In this document: positions 26,796 to 40,155 of the stretch, piece by piece
Position numbering within the stretch: position 1 is the stretch's first letter
Layout of the letters: each line of letters starts with the position of its first letter
Source of the DNA: Octopus bimaculoides
Lineage: Eukaryota
Direction of reading: 5' to 3'
Length of the DNA stretch: 64,000 bases
Assembly (NCBI RefSeq): GCF_001194135.2
Contig: NC_069003.1
Location: forward strand, 1,903,658 to 1,967,657
Position numbers and translations under genes: made by a program
The notes under the pieces: model-generated
Told to the model about the DNA's origin: nothing
The model's input: the letters and a program-made list of their open reading frames with translations, nothing else
Databases searched by the model: none

Positions 26796-27524
26796 AGCTT
26801 ATCGCTCTTCCTTCAGGCAGATTAGTATCAGCGAACTCCCTGTCTTTTAGATGGAATGGTGCATTGTATTTAATGCAGAAAATCCAGTGGGACAATTGCC
26901 GTCAGAGAGTCTTGCTAGCGCGTGTCACAAATTGAAGACCTCTCCAAATGTTTTACAAGTAGAATTTATTTCCCTCTGAATATTCGCTCCAAACTATTTC
27001 ATTCAGTCATATGCATCTATATAGGATGAACTTTTTTTCTTTTTGCTCCAGTTGTGATATGAAACGTGTAAATTTGTTCCCGTCTTCGAGTGCTTTCCTA
27101 TTTCTTTTACTGGGACTAAATCAAATGTTTTGCAAGACCAGTAAATGCATGACCTGTAGATACGTTTTCACTGATGCTGCTAACGTTATTTTCGCTGATA
27201 TTGTCACTTTTTTCTCTTATAATATCATGTTGGTTATTCTGTTGCTGCTTGTATAGGTTGCTACTTCTGGTGACGGTTTTCCTGCTGTTCTCTGCTGATT
27301 CGTTTGACGTTGATATCGTCGCTGCTGTTGCTATTAATGTTGCTGATGATGATGCTAATTAATATTTTCATTTCATTACGTGCGAGCTTCAGTCTCGGCT
27401 TCAAAAGCGTCGTTTGAAAGTGTTTGCTGTGCACCGAAGCACATTTTTTTCTTTTATAATTTTTTACACGTTGGGAGATTCCCAGGAAGGTTTCACCAGT
27501 GTGTTAGGGTTGTAATCAACCTAA

Positions 27525-27706
27525 TAATAGCACAAGTGCACTTAGAGAGCGCAAACCTCCGCCAAGGCAACACAAATGTCCTCACACAAACCAGATTACT
27601 AAAAGTGAACCCGACCGCTCTCAAAAATTAAGTAAAGAAACCGGAAAAATAATCCATAATCATTGTTCTGTACCTGATCGATCCCTTAGCGAAGGCGGAG
27701 GTAATG
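27525..27706 (-). mobile_element. Non-autonomous Helentron-type (HINE/DINE-1-like) element, internally deleted
   Basis: Subterminal inverted repeats ACCTCCGCC (27555-27563) and GGCGGAGGT (27694-27702). The minus strand starts T-rich TTACCTCCGCC and ends CCTTGGCGGAGGT followed by the stem-loop GCGCT-CTCTA-AGTGC (27552-27538), the architecture typical of Helentron-associated elements. Confidence 0.65.
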
Positions 27707-27873
27707 AACCTTTCCACTAAAGGCACAAGGCCCGAAATTTGATAGGGGAGGAGAAGGAAATTACATGATATATATAATTGTATATTGTTTCTTGTTTAGA
27801 ATTATATAAAATATCAGAAAATAGAAGTAAATACGAGACCATGAAATAAGTGTGTGTGTGTGTGTGTGAGTGT

Positions 27874-27905
<32 letters not shown>

Positions 27906-28811
27906 TAGAGAGAGAGAAAGAGAGAGAGAGAGAGAGGGGGGAGGGGAAAGGAGGTAGTACTTGTGTGTACGTCTGCTCAGGTGTGTCAGTTCATGCGGTG
28001 GTATGTACTCCGTCTGCATAAATATGCAGGTTTGTGTTTATGAACGTAAATAAAATACATGTATAATATTTATGGAATTTTATATTCATTTTGGTGTATA
28101 TACATGGAAGTACATGAAATACATGCAATACATGCAAAGGTGTGTGTAAATATATGTATATCAGTCTATATAGCTGTACAATACGCATGTCAGTGAATAT
28201 CTATATTTATATATATGACAATATTGCTTTTTTTTCCTCTTTATCGTACTAAACATATATTAATATTGCGTTATCCTCAATATTTTCCTTGTTACTCTTT
28301 TTTGCTTTGTTGTTTTGATTATCATTATTGTTGATACAGTAGATGTAGCTGTGTTCCTTTCTTGATGCCGTTATTCTGGTGATTGTTGTTGCTATGATTA
28401 CTGTTATTCCAGCATACAACACCTGGTTATCTCCATTAAAGATAACGCGTTTGTATACGAAAAGTAAAGTTAGTTCTCAACTTGTTTTATCAAGCTTTTC
28501 TTTTTTTTTTTATTTCAACGCATTCCTTAATATTTTATATATTCTTCAAAGATTTTTCAAGGTTTTTTTTTTTTTCTGTCTTCCTTTCTTGTGTTTCTGA
28601 TACTCTATTTGCCTCTCCTCGTGATTGTAAATAGTAACTATGAAGACTTAGGGAAAAGCATAAAAAGACAGAGTGCAAAACGATATCATATAGAAAAATA
28701 CAGAATCAACAAAAGCTAAGAAGATAATATGGTAATATATTGCGATGAATAGGAAATATATACATTCCGCTAGAATATATAGATGCTTACACACATGAAT
28801 ATATAAGTATT

Positions 28812-30036
28812 ATGTGTGTATATACATACACATATATACATACACATATATACATACACATATATACATACACACATACATACACACATATATACATACA
28901 CACATACATACACACATATATACATACATATATACATACATATATACATACATATATACATACATATATACATACATACATACATACCTACATATATACA
29001 TACATATACATATATATATATATACATATACATATATATACATACATACATACATACATATACATACATACATACATACATATATACATACATACATATA
29101 CATATATATATATATATACATATACATACATATATATATATACATATATACATATATACATACATNNNNNNNNNNNNNNNNNNNNNNNNNNNNNNNNNNN
29201 NNNNNNNNNNNNNNNNNNNNNNNNNNNNNNNNNNNNNNNNNNNNNNNNNNNNNNNNNNNNNNNNNNNNNNNNNNNNNNNNNNNNNNNNNNNNNNNNNNNN
29301 NNNNNNNNNNNNNNNNNNNNNNNNNNNNNNNNNNNNNNNNNNNNNNNNNNNNNNNNNNNNNNNNNNNNNNNNNNNNNNNNNNNNNNNNNNNNNNNNNNNN
29401 NNNNNNNNNNNNNNNNNNNNNNNNNNNNNNNNNNNNNNNNNNNNNNNNNNNNNNNNNNNNNNNNNNNNNNNNNNNNNNNNNNNNNNNNNNNNNNNNNNNN
29501 NNNNNNNNNNNNNNNNNNNNNNNNNNNNNNNNNNNNNNNNNNNNNNNNNNNNNNNNNNNNNNNNNNNNNNNNNNNNNNNNNNNNNNNNNNNNNNNNNNNN
29601 NNNNNNNNNNNNNNNNNNNNNNNNNNNNNNNNNNNNNNNNNNNNNNNNNNNNNNNNNNNNNNNNNNNNNNNNNNNNNNNNNNNNNNNNNNNNNNNNNNNN
29701 NNNNNNNNNNNNNNNNNNNNNNNNNNNNNNNNNNNNNNNNNNNNNNNNNNNNNNNNNNNNNNNNNNNNNNNNNNNNNNNNNNNNNNNNNNNNNNNNNNNN
29801 NNNNNNNNNNNNNNNNNNNNNNNNNNNNNNNNNNNNNNNNNNNNNNNNNNNNNNNNNNNNNNNNNNNNNNNNNNNNNNNNNNNNNNNNNNNNNNNNNNNN
29901 NNNNNNNNNNNNNNNNNNNNNNNNNNNNNNNNNNNNNNNNNNNNNNNNNNNNNNNNNNNNNNNNNNNNNNNNNNNNNNNNNNNNNNNNNNNNNNNNNNNN
30001 NNNNNNNNNNNNNNNNNNNNNTATATACATATATAC

Positions 30037-30073
<37 letters not shown>

Positions 30074-30250
30074 CATATATACATATATATACATATATAC
30101 ATACATATATACATATATACATACATATATACATATATACATACATATATACATACATATATACATACATATATACATACATATATACATACATATATAC
30201 ATACATATATACATACATATATACATACATATATACATATATACATACAT
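28812..30250. repeat. Large TA/TACA compound satellite (approx. ATATATACATAC unit) with an 856-bp gap
   Basis: Visible on both sides of the gap at 29166-30021. Confidence 0.95.
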
Positions 30251-30996
30251 TTAAAAACTGGCAGCGTCACAGCATCTTTTGTTGTTTTTGTCATATTTCT
30301 TCACAATCTCCACTTCTTTTGCAAATCTGGATAATATGTACACAGGTACATACACACAAGCACTGAATCCTGCAAACACACACCTAATCTCTCACAGATA
30401 TACAGATACAGTGTTTCACACAGAGTCACTTATGAGCACGGGCGAACGAACATAGACATATACACACGCATAAACAGAAACACACTGAGAGAGAAGAACA
30501 TGAACACTCACACAGAAGGTAGTATGCACAAATATATACACACGTATACCTATTACAAATCGCGAAACACATTTGAATAATTAAAATGCATTTTAGTCCT
30601 TCTGAACGACAGTTTTAAGCGTCGAATATAATAGTTTAATAAATAACGAGATATTTAAACGCTCAAATATGCAGGTTTATCTATCTATCACTGTAGCAGT
30701 TCAAATCCTGACCGCATTTCATTACAGCTCAATTTATATGTAATCGACTGGGGAAGGAGAACGGTGCGCCTTCTCTCAGGGCAGATAAACTAATCGTGAA
30801 ACATTCCATCAACAGATCGCCACCTCTTTAGCTGCCCATCGAAAGCATAGAAGCTGTATTAACTTCATTTATCTTCTCGTGAATTTTTATCACAGAGAAA
30901 CGATTTCTCATATTTAGAATATATTCCGTATACACGCGCACATGCACTGAATGGCTCACATATGTGCTACTGTATGCGTGCATATATATCTATATA

Positions 30997-31062
<66 letters not shown>

Positions 31063-31720
31063 TACGCGCGCACAAACACACGCATTGATAAATATCTCTA
31101 TACACTAAATGATCTAGTAAAACTTTCATGTGTTTAAAGCCGAGAGAAACTCGTTTTATCTCATATATAATATAAATGGTAGCTTCTACGCTGCAACGTT
31201 GCGGTAGATCAGAAAATTTGAAATGTCGATAAAGAGTGATTGGCCTGGTTTTATGATGCTCATATAACGAAACCTGTCATTTATATCGCACATTTCTCAA
31301 AAGCATTTCGCGCAACTGATGATAGAGCCACACCATTATCTTAACTTTACGACTTCCAGCTTTCATCTTAAATCAACGACAGAAGTTGTCAAAGGCGAAG
31401 GGAGACAGCCGAGAACTAGTGCCTCTTAGGTAACCGCTCGCTCTGGTAGAAATATTACATCTCACTGAAAACATACACTCTTCTGCCTTGAAAGGGAAAG
31501 AAATATATACATCTAGGATTACATTATGCTGATATAAAAATTGTGGTGTTCCCGGTTAAAAAGCTTTTTTCTGGAGTGTCTTTTTAAGTCCTAGAATTAA
31601 ATAACACCATGAATATCAGTAATACAAAATAATGTTCGTGTGTTAGATAAGGTGACTTTAAATATAATGTATTTAAAAAGTAACATCGAGATGGACACGA
31701 ATGGAATGCCTTTACACTTA

Positions 31721-31760
31721 ACTTACCTGAGTGTAAGCAGGACAAAGAACAACAGGTTAC
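31721..31760 (-). other. Second CAG|GTAAGT junction with an upstream pyrimidine tract (candidate recursive site or donor of a 48/69-nt exon)
   Basis: Minus strand: GTAAC-CTGTTGTTCTTTGTCCTGCTTACACTCAG|GTAAGT, junction 31727|31726. Confidence 0.3.
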
Positions 31761-32899
31761 GTCAATATAGAAACCTGTGCAGGAGGCAAAACCTGCTGAG
31801 AAATATCGATCGCAATCATGTTTAATCGCTGTTTAGATGGGAAGATATTACACAACGTATGATATCTACTGATAAATGAAGAAAACTACGTAAACTTTCG
31901 ATAAAATAAAAACAGATACTTTGTCTAAAACTACAAATAAACCCAAGGTTAATTATGCATTACAACGCTTTATGAGCTAGTCTGGCTTAAATTACAATAA
32001 TAACAATACTTTACTCTAAGAAGTCATATATTTGTATCTATTTATAGTTTGCATCTATTGCAATGCCTTACCGGTTTCTATCGAGCTTCTGTCTAGAAGC
32101 ATTTTCTTCAATTACGATGGTGATGTTGTTGCAGAGAACGAAGATGAAGAGATAGAGAAGTGACATATCGATCGAAAGAAATACTGGCTTCGCATTAAAT
32201 AAAAAAAAATCTTCTCCCAGCCTTAGGTTGAGTTCGATTGGATTGCCTTTATTCTATCAGCTACAGGACAAATGCCTCAACATGTCCTCCCCACTAACCA
32301 CATTTTGATGTTTTAGATTTGAATTTGATTTTGAGTCCGTAATCATTCGCTGAACATACTCTGCCAAACTAGATGAAGTGGGGAAGTTTAATAGTCTGAC
32401 CCAAAATTTATTATGTCGATTATATTAACCCCAGTGATAAACTGGTATTTATTTTATGGACCCCGAATGTATGAAATACAGACTTTCAGCATATAAATTA
32501 GTTTTAATTCATCTGATCTTAAATCATATGGTATCCCTAAACACATGAAAACAAAGCAATGATATTTCACCTGAAAATTTTAAAGAACAACTGATAGAAA
32601 AATAATTAAAATTAGTGAAGATATTTCACATTAATCTACCAAGACAAATATCCTTTTCTATTCTAGGCACAAGGCCCGAAATTTTGGGGGAGTGGGATAG
32701 TCGATTAGATCGACCGCAATACGCAACTGGTACTTAATTTAACGATCCCGAAAGGCAAAGTTGACCTAACAAATGTGCCAGTTCACCGCCTTTTACAAAA
32801 CAAACATAAAAAACCAAAACATACTAGAGTACTGCATAAAATTATACGAAAATAAATATGGTGCATTTCTGCTTTTACGATAGATACTGTTTCTGCAAA

Positions 32900-33215
32900 T
32901 TGATCGTTGTCACTCATCCTCAGGGAAAGAGACAATGGTAATTAGCGGATAATATATCCCGCAAAACAGACCGGATTCTAATTAACAAGCGAATCGAGAA
33001 ACAATATCAGGAGAAGCATCGGACGAAACGACCGAAAATAGCAAAGATATTTTCGTTCAGTTATCTCAAAGATTTGAGGAGGCCACGTTATGGATATGGT
33101 GATGTTTTTCAGAGAAGACAATTTGTAGTGAAAAAACGAAAAGTTGTTGAAGGAGTATTTGATAAACCACTCAGCAGAGATATTTGTAGAACAAAATACA
33201 TCTTATAAAGTTTAA
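32900..33215 (+). mobile_element. Decayed mariner transposase C-terminal fragment
   Basis: Met-less open frame of about 90 codons: RTKRPKIAKIFSFSYLKDLRRPRY (cf. R.KRP......F.HDNARPH), then PLSRDICRTKYIL*SL (cf. PYSPDIAPTDYHLFRSL). Confidence 0.45.
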
Positions 33216-34429
33216 TCTCAGATATTTGAATTTTTATAGGTAAATGCGAGCGTAGACACAAACACACATACACATAACATTGACATTAATACGTACTTTA
33301 CATATATACAATATAATTATATCAGTACGTTCATACGCGCACGCGCACGCACGCACGCACGCACACGCACACGCACACACACACACATACGCACACACAT
33401 GTAGATGTGTATATTTACAGATTGGTAGATATGTAGATACACATAGATATACGTGTACATATACAAATGTATGTGGTTGTATATATATATATATATATAT
33501 ATATACGTTTTGAAAAAGTAGTTTCTCCATTCCATACCAAAACCATTGTACTACACTTTACAAATGTTGATATCTTGGCATGTGAAGTAGCTGGAGATAC
33601 GAAAGTTCGACCAAAAGAATCGGCTATTGCAAGCAAAAATAGATATTGAAAGAAACGCATTTGACCAAATTTGGATATACGACAGTATAATACAAAAGCA
33701 ACGATATATATATATATATATATATATACATACACACCTACATACACACACTGGGAGTATTTTGTGAAATAGAATGAAAGGTGGTTCATAAGCGATAATG
33801 GTAATAGAATTATATACAATGAGACAGAGCGATGTGAGATTTAAGAAGCGAAGGGAAAAGCTGGAAAGTAATGCGGAAGTGTTGTTTAGTAAAATATAAA
33901 GTCTCACGTGGAGACTGTCATTTGTAGTGGTGGTGTTGGTGGTGGTGTTGGTAGAGGTGGCGGTAATGCCGAGCGAATGATTGTGTAGGTGGCGGTAAAT
34001 TGAATGGACGATGGCATTAATGTATCTATTATTCAATTAGATTTCCACAGAATGTGTTTTGTTAACACTTTCATTCTCTGTAACGTTTGTTGTTGATGAC
34101 ACGGTGTGTGAAGACATTTCGTGTGATTCAGAATTTTCTTCGATTTGGAGTGGTTGTTTTCGTGGTGGTCATTAATGTTATCTTCATTTTTCATCATTAT
34201 GTTTGTTTGTTTGTTTGTTTGTTTTGATTAGATTGTATATTTTTTTAGCTTTGCTTATTGGCCATTATCTAAGTTGTGCTTCAACGTTGCACACAACTGT
34301 GACATTAATAAATAAAATGGAGCGACGTTATCGCAAGTCAATTTGAGATTGGTATGACGCTGGATATTTCAAAATCATAGTGTAAGAGAATAAAAATAAT
34401 GAACACACCATACACACGCGTCTGTATGA

Positions 34430-34461
<32 letters not shown>

Positions 34462-35011
34462 CTATATCTGTGTGTGTGTGTGTGTGTGTGNNNNNNNNNN
34501 NNNNNNNNNNNNNNNNNNNNNNNNNNNNNNNNNNNNNNNNNNNNNNNNNNNNNNNNNNNNNNNNNNNNNNNNNNNNNNNNNNNNNNNNNNNNNNNNNNNN
34601 NNNNNNNNNNNNNNNNNNNNNNNNNNNNNNNNNNNNNNNNNNNNNNNNNNNNNNNNNNNNNNNNNNNNNNNNNNNNNNNNNNNNNNNNNNNNNNNNNNNN
34701 NNNNNNNNNNNNNNNNNNNNNNNNNNNNNNNNNNNNNNNNNNNNNNNNNNNNNNNNNNNNNNNNNNNNNNNNNNNNNNNNNNNNNNNNNNNNNNNNNNNN
34801 NNNNNNNNNNNNNNNNNNNNNNNNNNNNNNNNNNNNNNNNNNNNNNNNNNNNNNNNNNNNNNNNNNNNNNNNNNNNNNNNNNNNNNNNNNNNNNNNNNNN
34901 NNNNNNNNNNNNNNNNNNNNNNNNNNNNNNNNNNNNNNNNNNNNNNNNNNNNNNNNNNNNNNNNNNNNNNNNNNNNNNNNNNNNNNNNNNNNNNNNNNNN
35001 NNNNNNNNNNN

Positions 35012-35084
<73 letters not shown>

Positions 35085-35481
35085 CAAGTATATATACATA
35101 TATCTACAAAAATATATGCATAGATATATACATACATATATATGTACAAGGTTGAAAAGGGACATACACACAAACTCACACACACACACACATATATATA
35201 TAATAATGTGTGAGTAAAATTTATTACCAATAGTGTATTATTCTCGAAATTTCGTTTGTAAAATAAATGTGCGAAACAGTGAAGTTTAGAAGTTTACAGA
35301 CCAAATAATAATAATTATTATATGAACAAAAACTACTGGAATAATGCCTAACTACTTACTTATATATATATATATATATATACACAGATTGAGAGAGAGA
35401 GAGAAAATGAGAGAGAAATGAACACATACATATATAGAAATGTAGATAAATGAATAAACGGATAAATATATACATTTATTT

Positions 35482-35515
<34 letters not shown>

Positions 35516-35543
35516 GTACTTATATATGTCTTTGTATATGTGT

Positions 35544-35588
<45 letters not shown>

Positions 35589-36223
35589 ATATATATAAAC
35601 ATATACGCATACACATATGTAGTACATAGTGGTAAGTGTGTCTATAAACATATAATATATGTATCGATATACTGAGACATGCGTATGCACAAATACACAC
35701 ACATATGTACCGTCATACACAAATTTCTGTGTTTTTGTGTGTGTATTTGTTTCCGTTTAAATCATTAAAACTTAAGCCGATCAAACGTAAGCTTTGTTAA
35801 CATCGCCGTGTATCTATTATAATTAAATAAGATGATTTCGATAGCCAGGAAACATTTAGTTATGAGAAAATAATTAAGTTTAGTCATATATATTAAGACA
35901 CACACATATGTACGAAATTACATTTATGTCTGTGAAGGTGGTCAATGGCTCCGTTGCCACTCGTAACATCTCACGAGATGCGATCGTTGAAGCAGCTATA
36001 ACAATGTTCCACCTCAAAGATTGCATTGATGTAGAAATACTCAATATCACCGGTGTGAATCACCTGTTTGGTGCTAATTGAGAAAACCATATAGGCATGG
36101 AGGCATACTTGCACATTTACCTATACGAATACATATATAAACTTTTAGAAAATTAGGTATGTATATAATTCTGAATAGGTGTGTCTGAGCAATATTCAAC
36201 CTTTGTGCGTGTGTGAATGTATG

Positions 36224-36256
<33 letters not shown>

Positions 36257-37190
36257 NNNNNNNNNNNNNNNNNNNNNNNNNNNNNNNNNNNNNNNNNNNN
36301 NNNNNNNNNNNNNNNNNNNNNNNNNNNNNNNNNNNNNNNNNNNNNNNNNNNNNNNNNNNNNNNNNNNNNNNNNNNNNNNNNNNNNNNNNNNNNNNNNNNN
36401 NNNNNNNNNNNNNNNNNNNNNNNNNNNNNNNNNNNNNNNNNNNNNNNNNNNNNNNNNNNNNNNNNNNNNNNNNNNNNNNNNNNNNNNNNNNNNNNNNNNN
36501 NNNNNNNNNNNNNNNNNNNNNNNNNNNNNNNNNNNNNNNNNNNNNNNNNNNNNNNNNNNNNNNNNNNNNNNNNNNNNNNNNNNNNNNNNNNNNNNNNNNN
36601 NNNNNNNNNNNNNNNNNNNNNNNNNNNNNNNNNNNNNNNNNNNNNNNNNNNNNNNNNNNNNNNNNNNNNNNNNNNNNNNNNNNNNNNNNNNNNNNNNNNN
36701 NNNNNNNNNNNNNNNNNNNNNNNNNNNNNNNNNNNNNNNNNNNNNNNNNNNNNNNNNNNNNNNNNNNNNNNNNNNNNNNNNNNNNNNNNNNNNNNNNNNN
36801 NNNNNNNNNNNNNNNNNNNNNNNNNNNNNNNNNNNNNNNNNNNNNNNNNNNNNNNNNNNNNNNNNNNNNNNNNNNNNNNNNNNNNNNNNNNNNNNNNNNN
36901 NNNNNNNNNNNNNNNNNNNNNNNNNNNNNNNNNNNNNNNNNNNNNNNNNNNNNNNNNNNNNNNNNNNNNNNNNNNNNNNNNNNNNNNNNNNNNNNNNNNN
37001 NNNNNNNNNNNNNNNNNNNNNNNNNNNNNNNNNNNNNNNNNNNNNNNNNNNNNNNNNNNNNNNNNNNNNNNNNNNNNNNNNNNNNNNNNNNNNNNNNNNN
37101 NNNNNNNNNNNNNNNNNNNNNNNNNNNNNNNNNNNNNNNNNNNNNNNNNNNNNNNNNNNNNNNNNNNNNNNNNNNNNNNNNNNNNNNNNN
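36257..37190. other. Assembly gap (largest of nine)
   Basis: Run of N. The others are at 13548-13708, 29166-30021, 34491-35011, 38078-38262, 40523-40672, about 41576-41647, 46435-46444 and 61223-61517. All abut microsatellites. Confidence 1.
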
Positions 37191-37671
37191 ATATATATAT
37201 ATATACATACACACACACACACGCAAACACACACACACACACACCTGCCTTCACTTTTTTCTCTAGTGTCATGGCATATAACATTTCTCTGCATTAACCA
37301 TTCGTTCCCATATTTCGAAGTGTTCTCCACGTTGCTCTTTTATTGGTTCCTTTATTTTATCGTTTCGTTCCACCTGATTCTATTTCCCCCTCTCTGTCCT
37401 TTCTCTCTAATCACACAGAAACAATCTATGCGCGTGACTTCCTTTTATTTATTGGCGATTCTCGTCAAATCTCACTCCATTCCTCTCTGTTCTGTCTTTC
37501 TTTTTCGCACTCAAAGTCCTTATAATTCACATGAATGCATTCACCGTTGCTGTGCCCTACTTGTTTTGTTCTTTCTTACTCTATTTTTCTGACCCATTAT
37601 CTCATTTCTTTTTATATTGGCAAAGTTCTGCCTCACAGTCTGTCTGTCTGGTTTTTTTTTTGTATTCACAC

Positions 37672-37709
37672 TGATATCCTCCGTATTGTGTGATATCCTC
37701 CGTATTGTG
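37672..37709. repeat. Perfect 19-bp tandem duplication TGATATCCTCCGTATTGTG x2
   Basis: 37672-37690 and 37691-37709 are identical. Confidence 0.95.
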
Positions 37710-38002
37710 TGAATGCGTGTCCGCGAGCGCGTGCTATATTATATGTGTATGTATGTATAGATAGATACATACACAGATAAACACATACATACAGAGATGG
37801 TAAGCTAGACCGACATCTATATGCGTGTATCCATATATATGTATTACATATGTGTGTGCTTGTGTGTGAGTGTGCGTGTGTGTGTGTACGAGAAATTCTC
37901 TCAATATTCTCCTCACATCTTCCCCATAATAGAATCTGCCGATATCGTTCTCATTCACTTAACCTACTAGAAAGCTCAACTCGTTTCGGTTGTATTCCTG
38001 AG

Positions 38003-38046
<44 letters not shown>

Positions 38047-39017
38047 GCGGCACACATATATAAGTTTGTATATATATNNNNNNNNNNNNNNNNNNNNNNN
38101 NNNNNNNNNNNNNNNNNNNNNNNNNNNNNNNNNNNNNNNNNNNNNNNNNNNNNNNNNNNNNNNNNNNNNNNNNNNNNNNNNNNNNNNNNNNNNNNNNNNN
38201 NNNNNNNNNNNNNNNNNNNNNNNNNNNNNNNNNNNNNNNNNNNNNNNNNNNNNNNNNNNNNNTATATATATATATATATAATGTATATAACTGTATATAT
38301 ATATATATATATATATATACTTGTATGCACAGAATTATGCGTGTGTATATATGTATACTTCTATTACCGCCGCTTATCAATATTCCTTATTGCATTGGCC
38401 AAGCATTTCAACACTTCATCTTGATTGATTTGTTCCCCAGTACACTGGCAAAATTTCAAAACAGTATTCACAAATCTACGAATGGACAACTCCACCGAGT
38501 CGTTCCTCTGTTTTTCACATGAACAATTAGATTATCGAGTCTCTCTCATTTCACTTTTCTAATAATTTTAACATATTTTCTGCAGAGACCCCAATTTCAA
38601 CGCCTTCGAAAAACTTGCTAATGTATTCACACCATATTTCTTAAATTCTTTGGCTCTCGGCCAAATTTTATGATACGTATCATCAAAAGTATCTCCCCGA
38701 GAAAAAACTAATAAACTAACACTTCAAATGTCGTTCACTTTTGACCATAATATAGTTAGTTAACCTTCGTCTTCATGTTGGTCGATGATAAAAGATGGCC
38801 GATAGATCAGATCATTTTACCTGGAAGATCTTTCAGTGTGCTTGGCTTTGAAGACATCCGAAATAATTAATGAATTCATCTATTCACAGGTGTTCTGGTA
38901 ATATTTATTTTCCCATTGGATCTTCAACATCACAAGAACATTTAAATATACATTCAAATATGCATTCACACACGCTTATATTCATATATAGGAATATATA
39001 CATACCTTTATATATGC

Positions 39018-39049
<32 letters not shown>

Positions 39050-39080
39050 ATGCACATATACATTTATGTATATCGATTTA

Positions 39081-39113
<33 letters not shown>

Positions 39114-39291
39114 ATCTCCTTATATATATATATATATATATATATATTGGCGGGATCGGAATTTTATATTCTGATTCTACATATTGCTTGGTGTTCTTTT
39201 TGCGTGAGAACTATATTAGCATATTTTAAAGAAGTATGTGACCGCCCTTACCCCTAGCATAGTTCACAATCCCTAATTCTTCGTTATCAAT

Positions 39292-39684
39292 ACTGGAGCA
39301 CCGCCTTTAGTCGAGCAAATCGCCCATAGGACTTATTCTTTGTAAGCCTAGTACTTATTCAGTCGGTCTCTCTTGCCGAATCGCTACGTGACGAGGACGT
39401 AAATACATCAGCATCGGTTGTCAAGTGATTTTAGGGAACAAACGCAGACACAAATATAAACACACAAATATATAAACACACACACACATTATATATATAT
39501 ATATATATATACATATATATACATACATATATACGACGGGCTTCTTTTAGTTTCCGTCTATCAAATCCACTCACAAGGCTTTGGTCGGCCCGAGGCTAGA
39601 GTAGAAGACACTTGCCCAAGCTGCTACGCAGTGGGACTGAACCCAGAACCGTATGGTCGGTAAGCAAGCTACATAACACACAGC
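39292..39684 (-). mobile_element. Full-length composite SINE (A + microsatellite + C), well preserved
   Basis: On the minus strand, the A head (GCTGTGTGTTATGTAG..GGGTTCAGTCCCACTGCG..TTGGGCAAGTGTCTTCT..GAAGCCCGTCG) is followed by TA/TG repeats (39533-39462) and then C (CTTGACAACCGATGCTG..CTAAAGGCGGTGCTCCAG). Confidence 0.88.
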
Positions 39685-39996
39685 AACTCCTGCATCAATA
39701 AATAAATATATATATATAATAATAATAATATTATGCATGTATGCATGCACACAAACACAAACACACGCACACATATGCATACACATATATAAGTTTGTGA
39801 CACGAGTACAATTGTCAGTGACTTCGAAATTTCGGCCGACTGAGCCGTCATCATATTGACTTGTATTCAAGTTCATCTTTGATTTATATAGTCTCAATTA
39901 AGTTTAAAATGTCTAGGTTAGAAGAAGCTATGCCGAATAGTAATTAGGTTACATTGTAGATTTCGATGAAGATTTTGTTATGGAAAAAAATATATA

Positions 39997-40155
39997 GGGA
40001 TGGCTGTGTGGTAAGAATCTTTCTACCAAACTACACGGTTCCAGGTTCAATCTCACTGCCGAGAACCTAGGGCAAGTGTCTTCTACTACAACTTCGTTCC
40101 GACCAAAACCCTGTTAATGGGTTTGGTAGATGGAAAGAAATCGCTTGACAACCTA
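39997..40155 (+). mobile_element. SINE family A joined directly to the start of family C
   Basis: GGCTGTGTGGTAAGAA..GGTTCAATCTCACTG..GGGCAAGTGTCTTCTACTA..GGTAGATGGAAAG runs straight into ATCGCTTGACAACC. Confidence 0.8.

Noticed and set aside
28770-30366. 400-500 aa ORFs here, and similar ones at 34328-35230, 36074-37592 and 61147-61604
   Set aside because: They are translations of TA/CA/TG microsatellites and N-runs, with no coding information.
35938-36078. Protein-like frame VVNGSVATRNISRDAIVEAAITMFHLKDCIDVEILNITG
   Set aside because: Under 50 codons, weak splice signals and no recognisable family.
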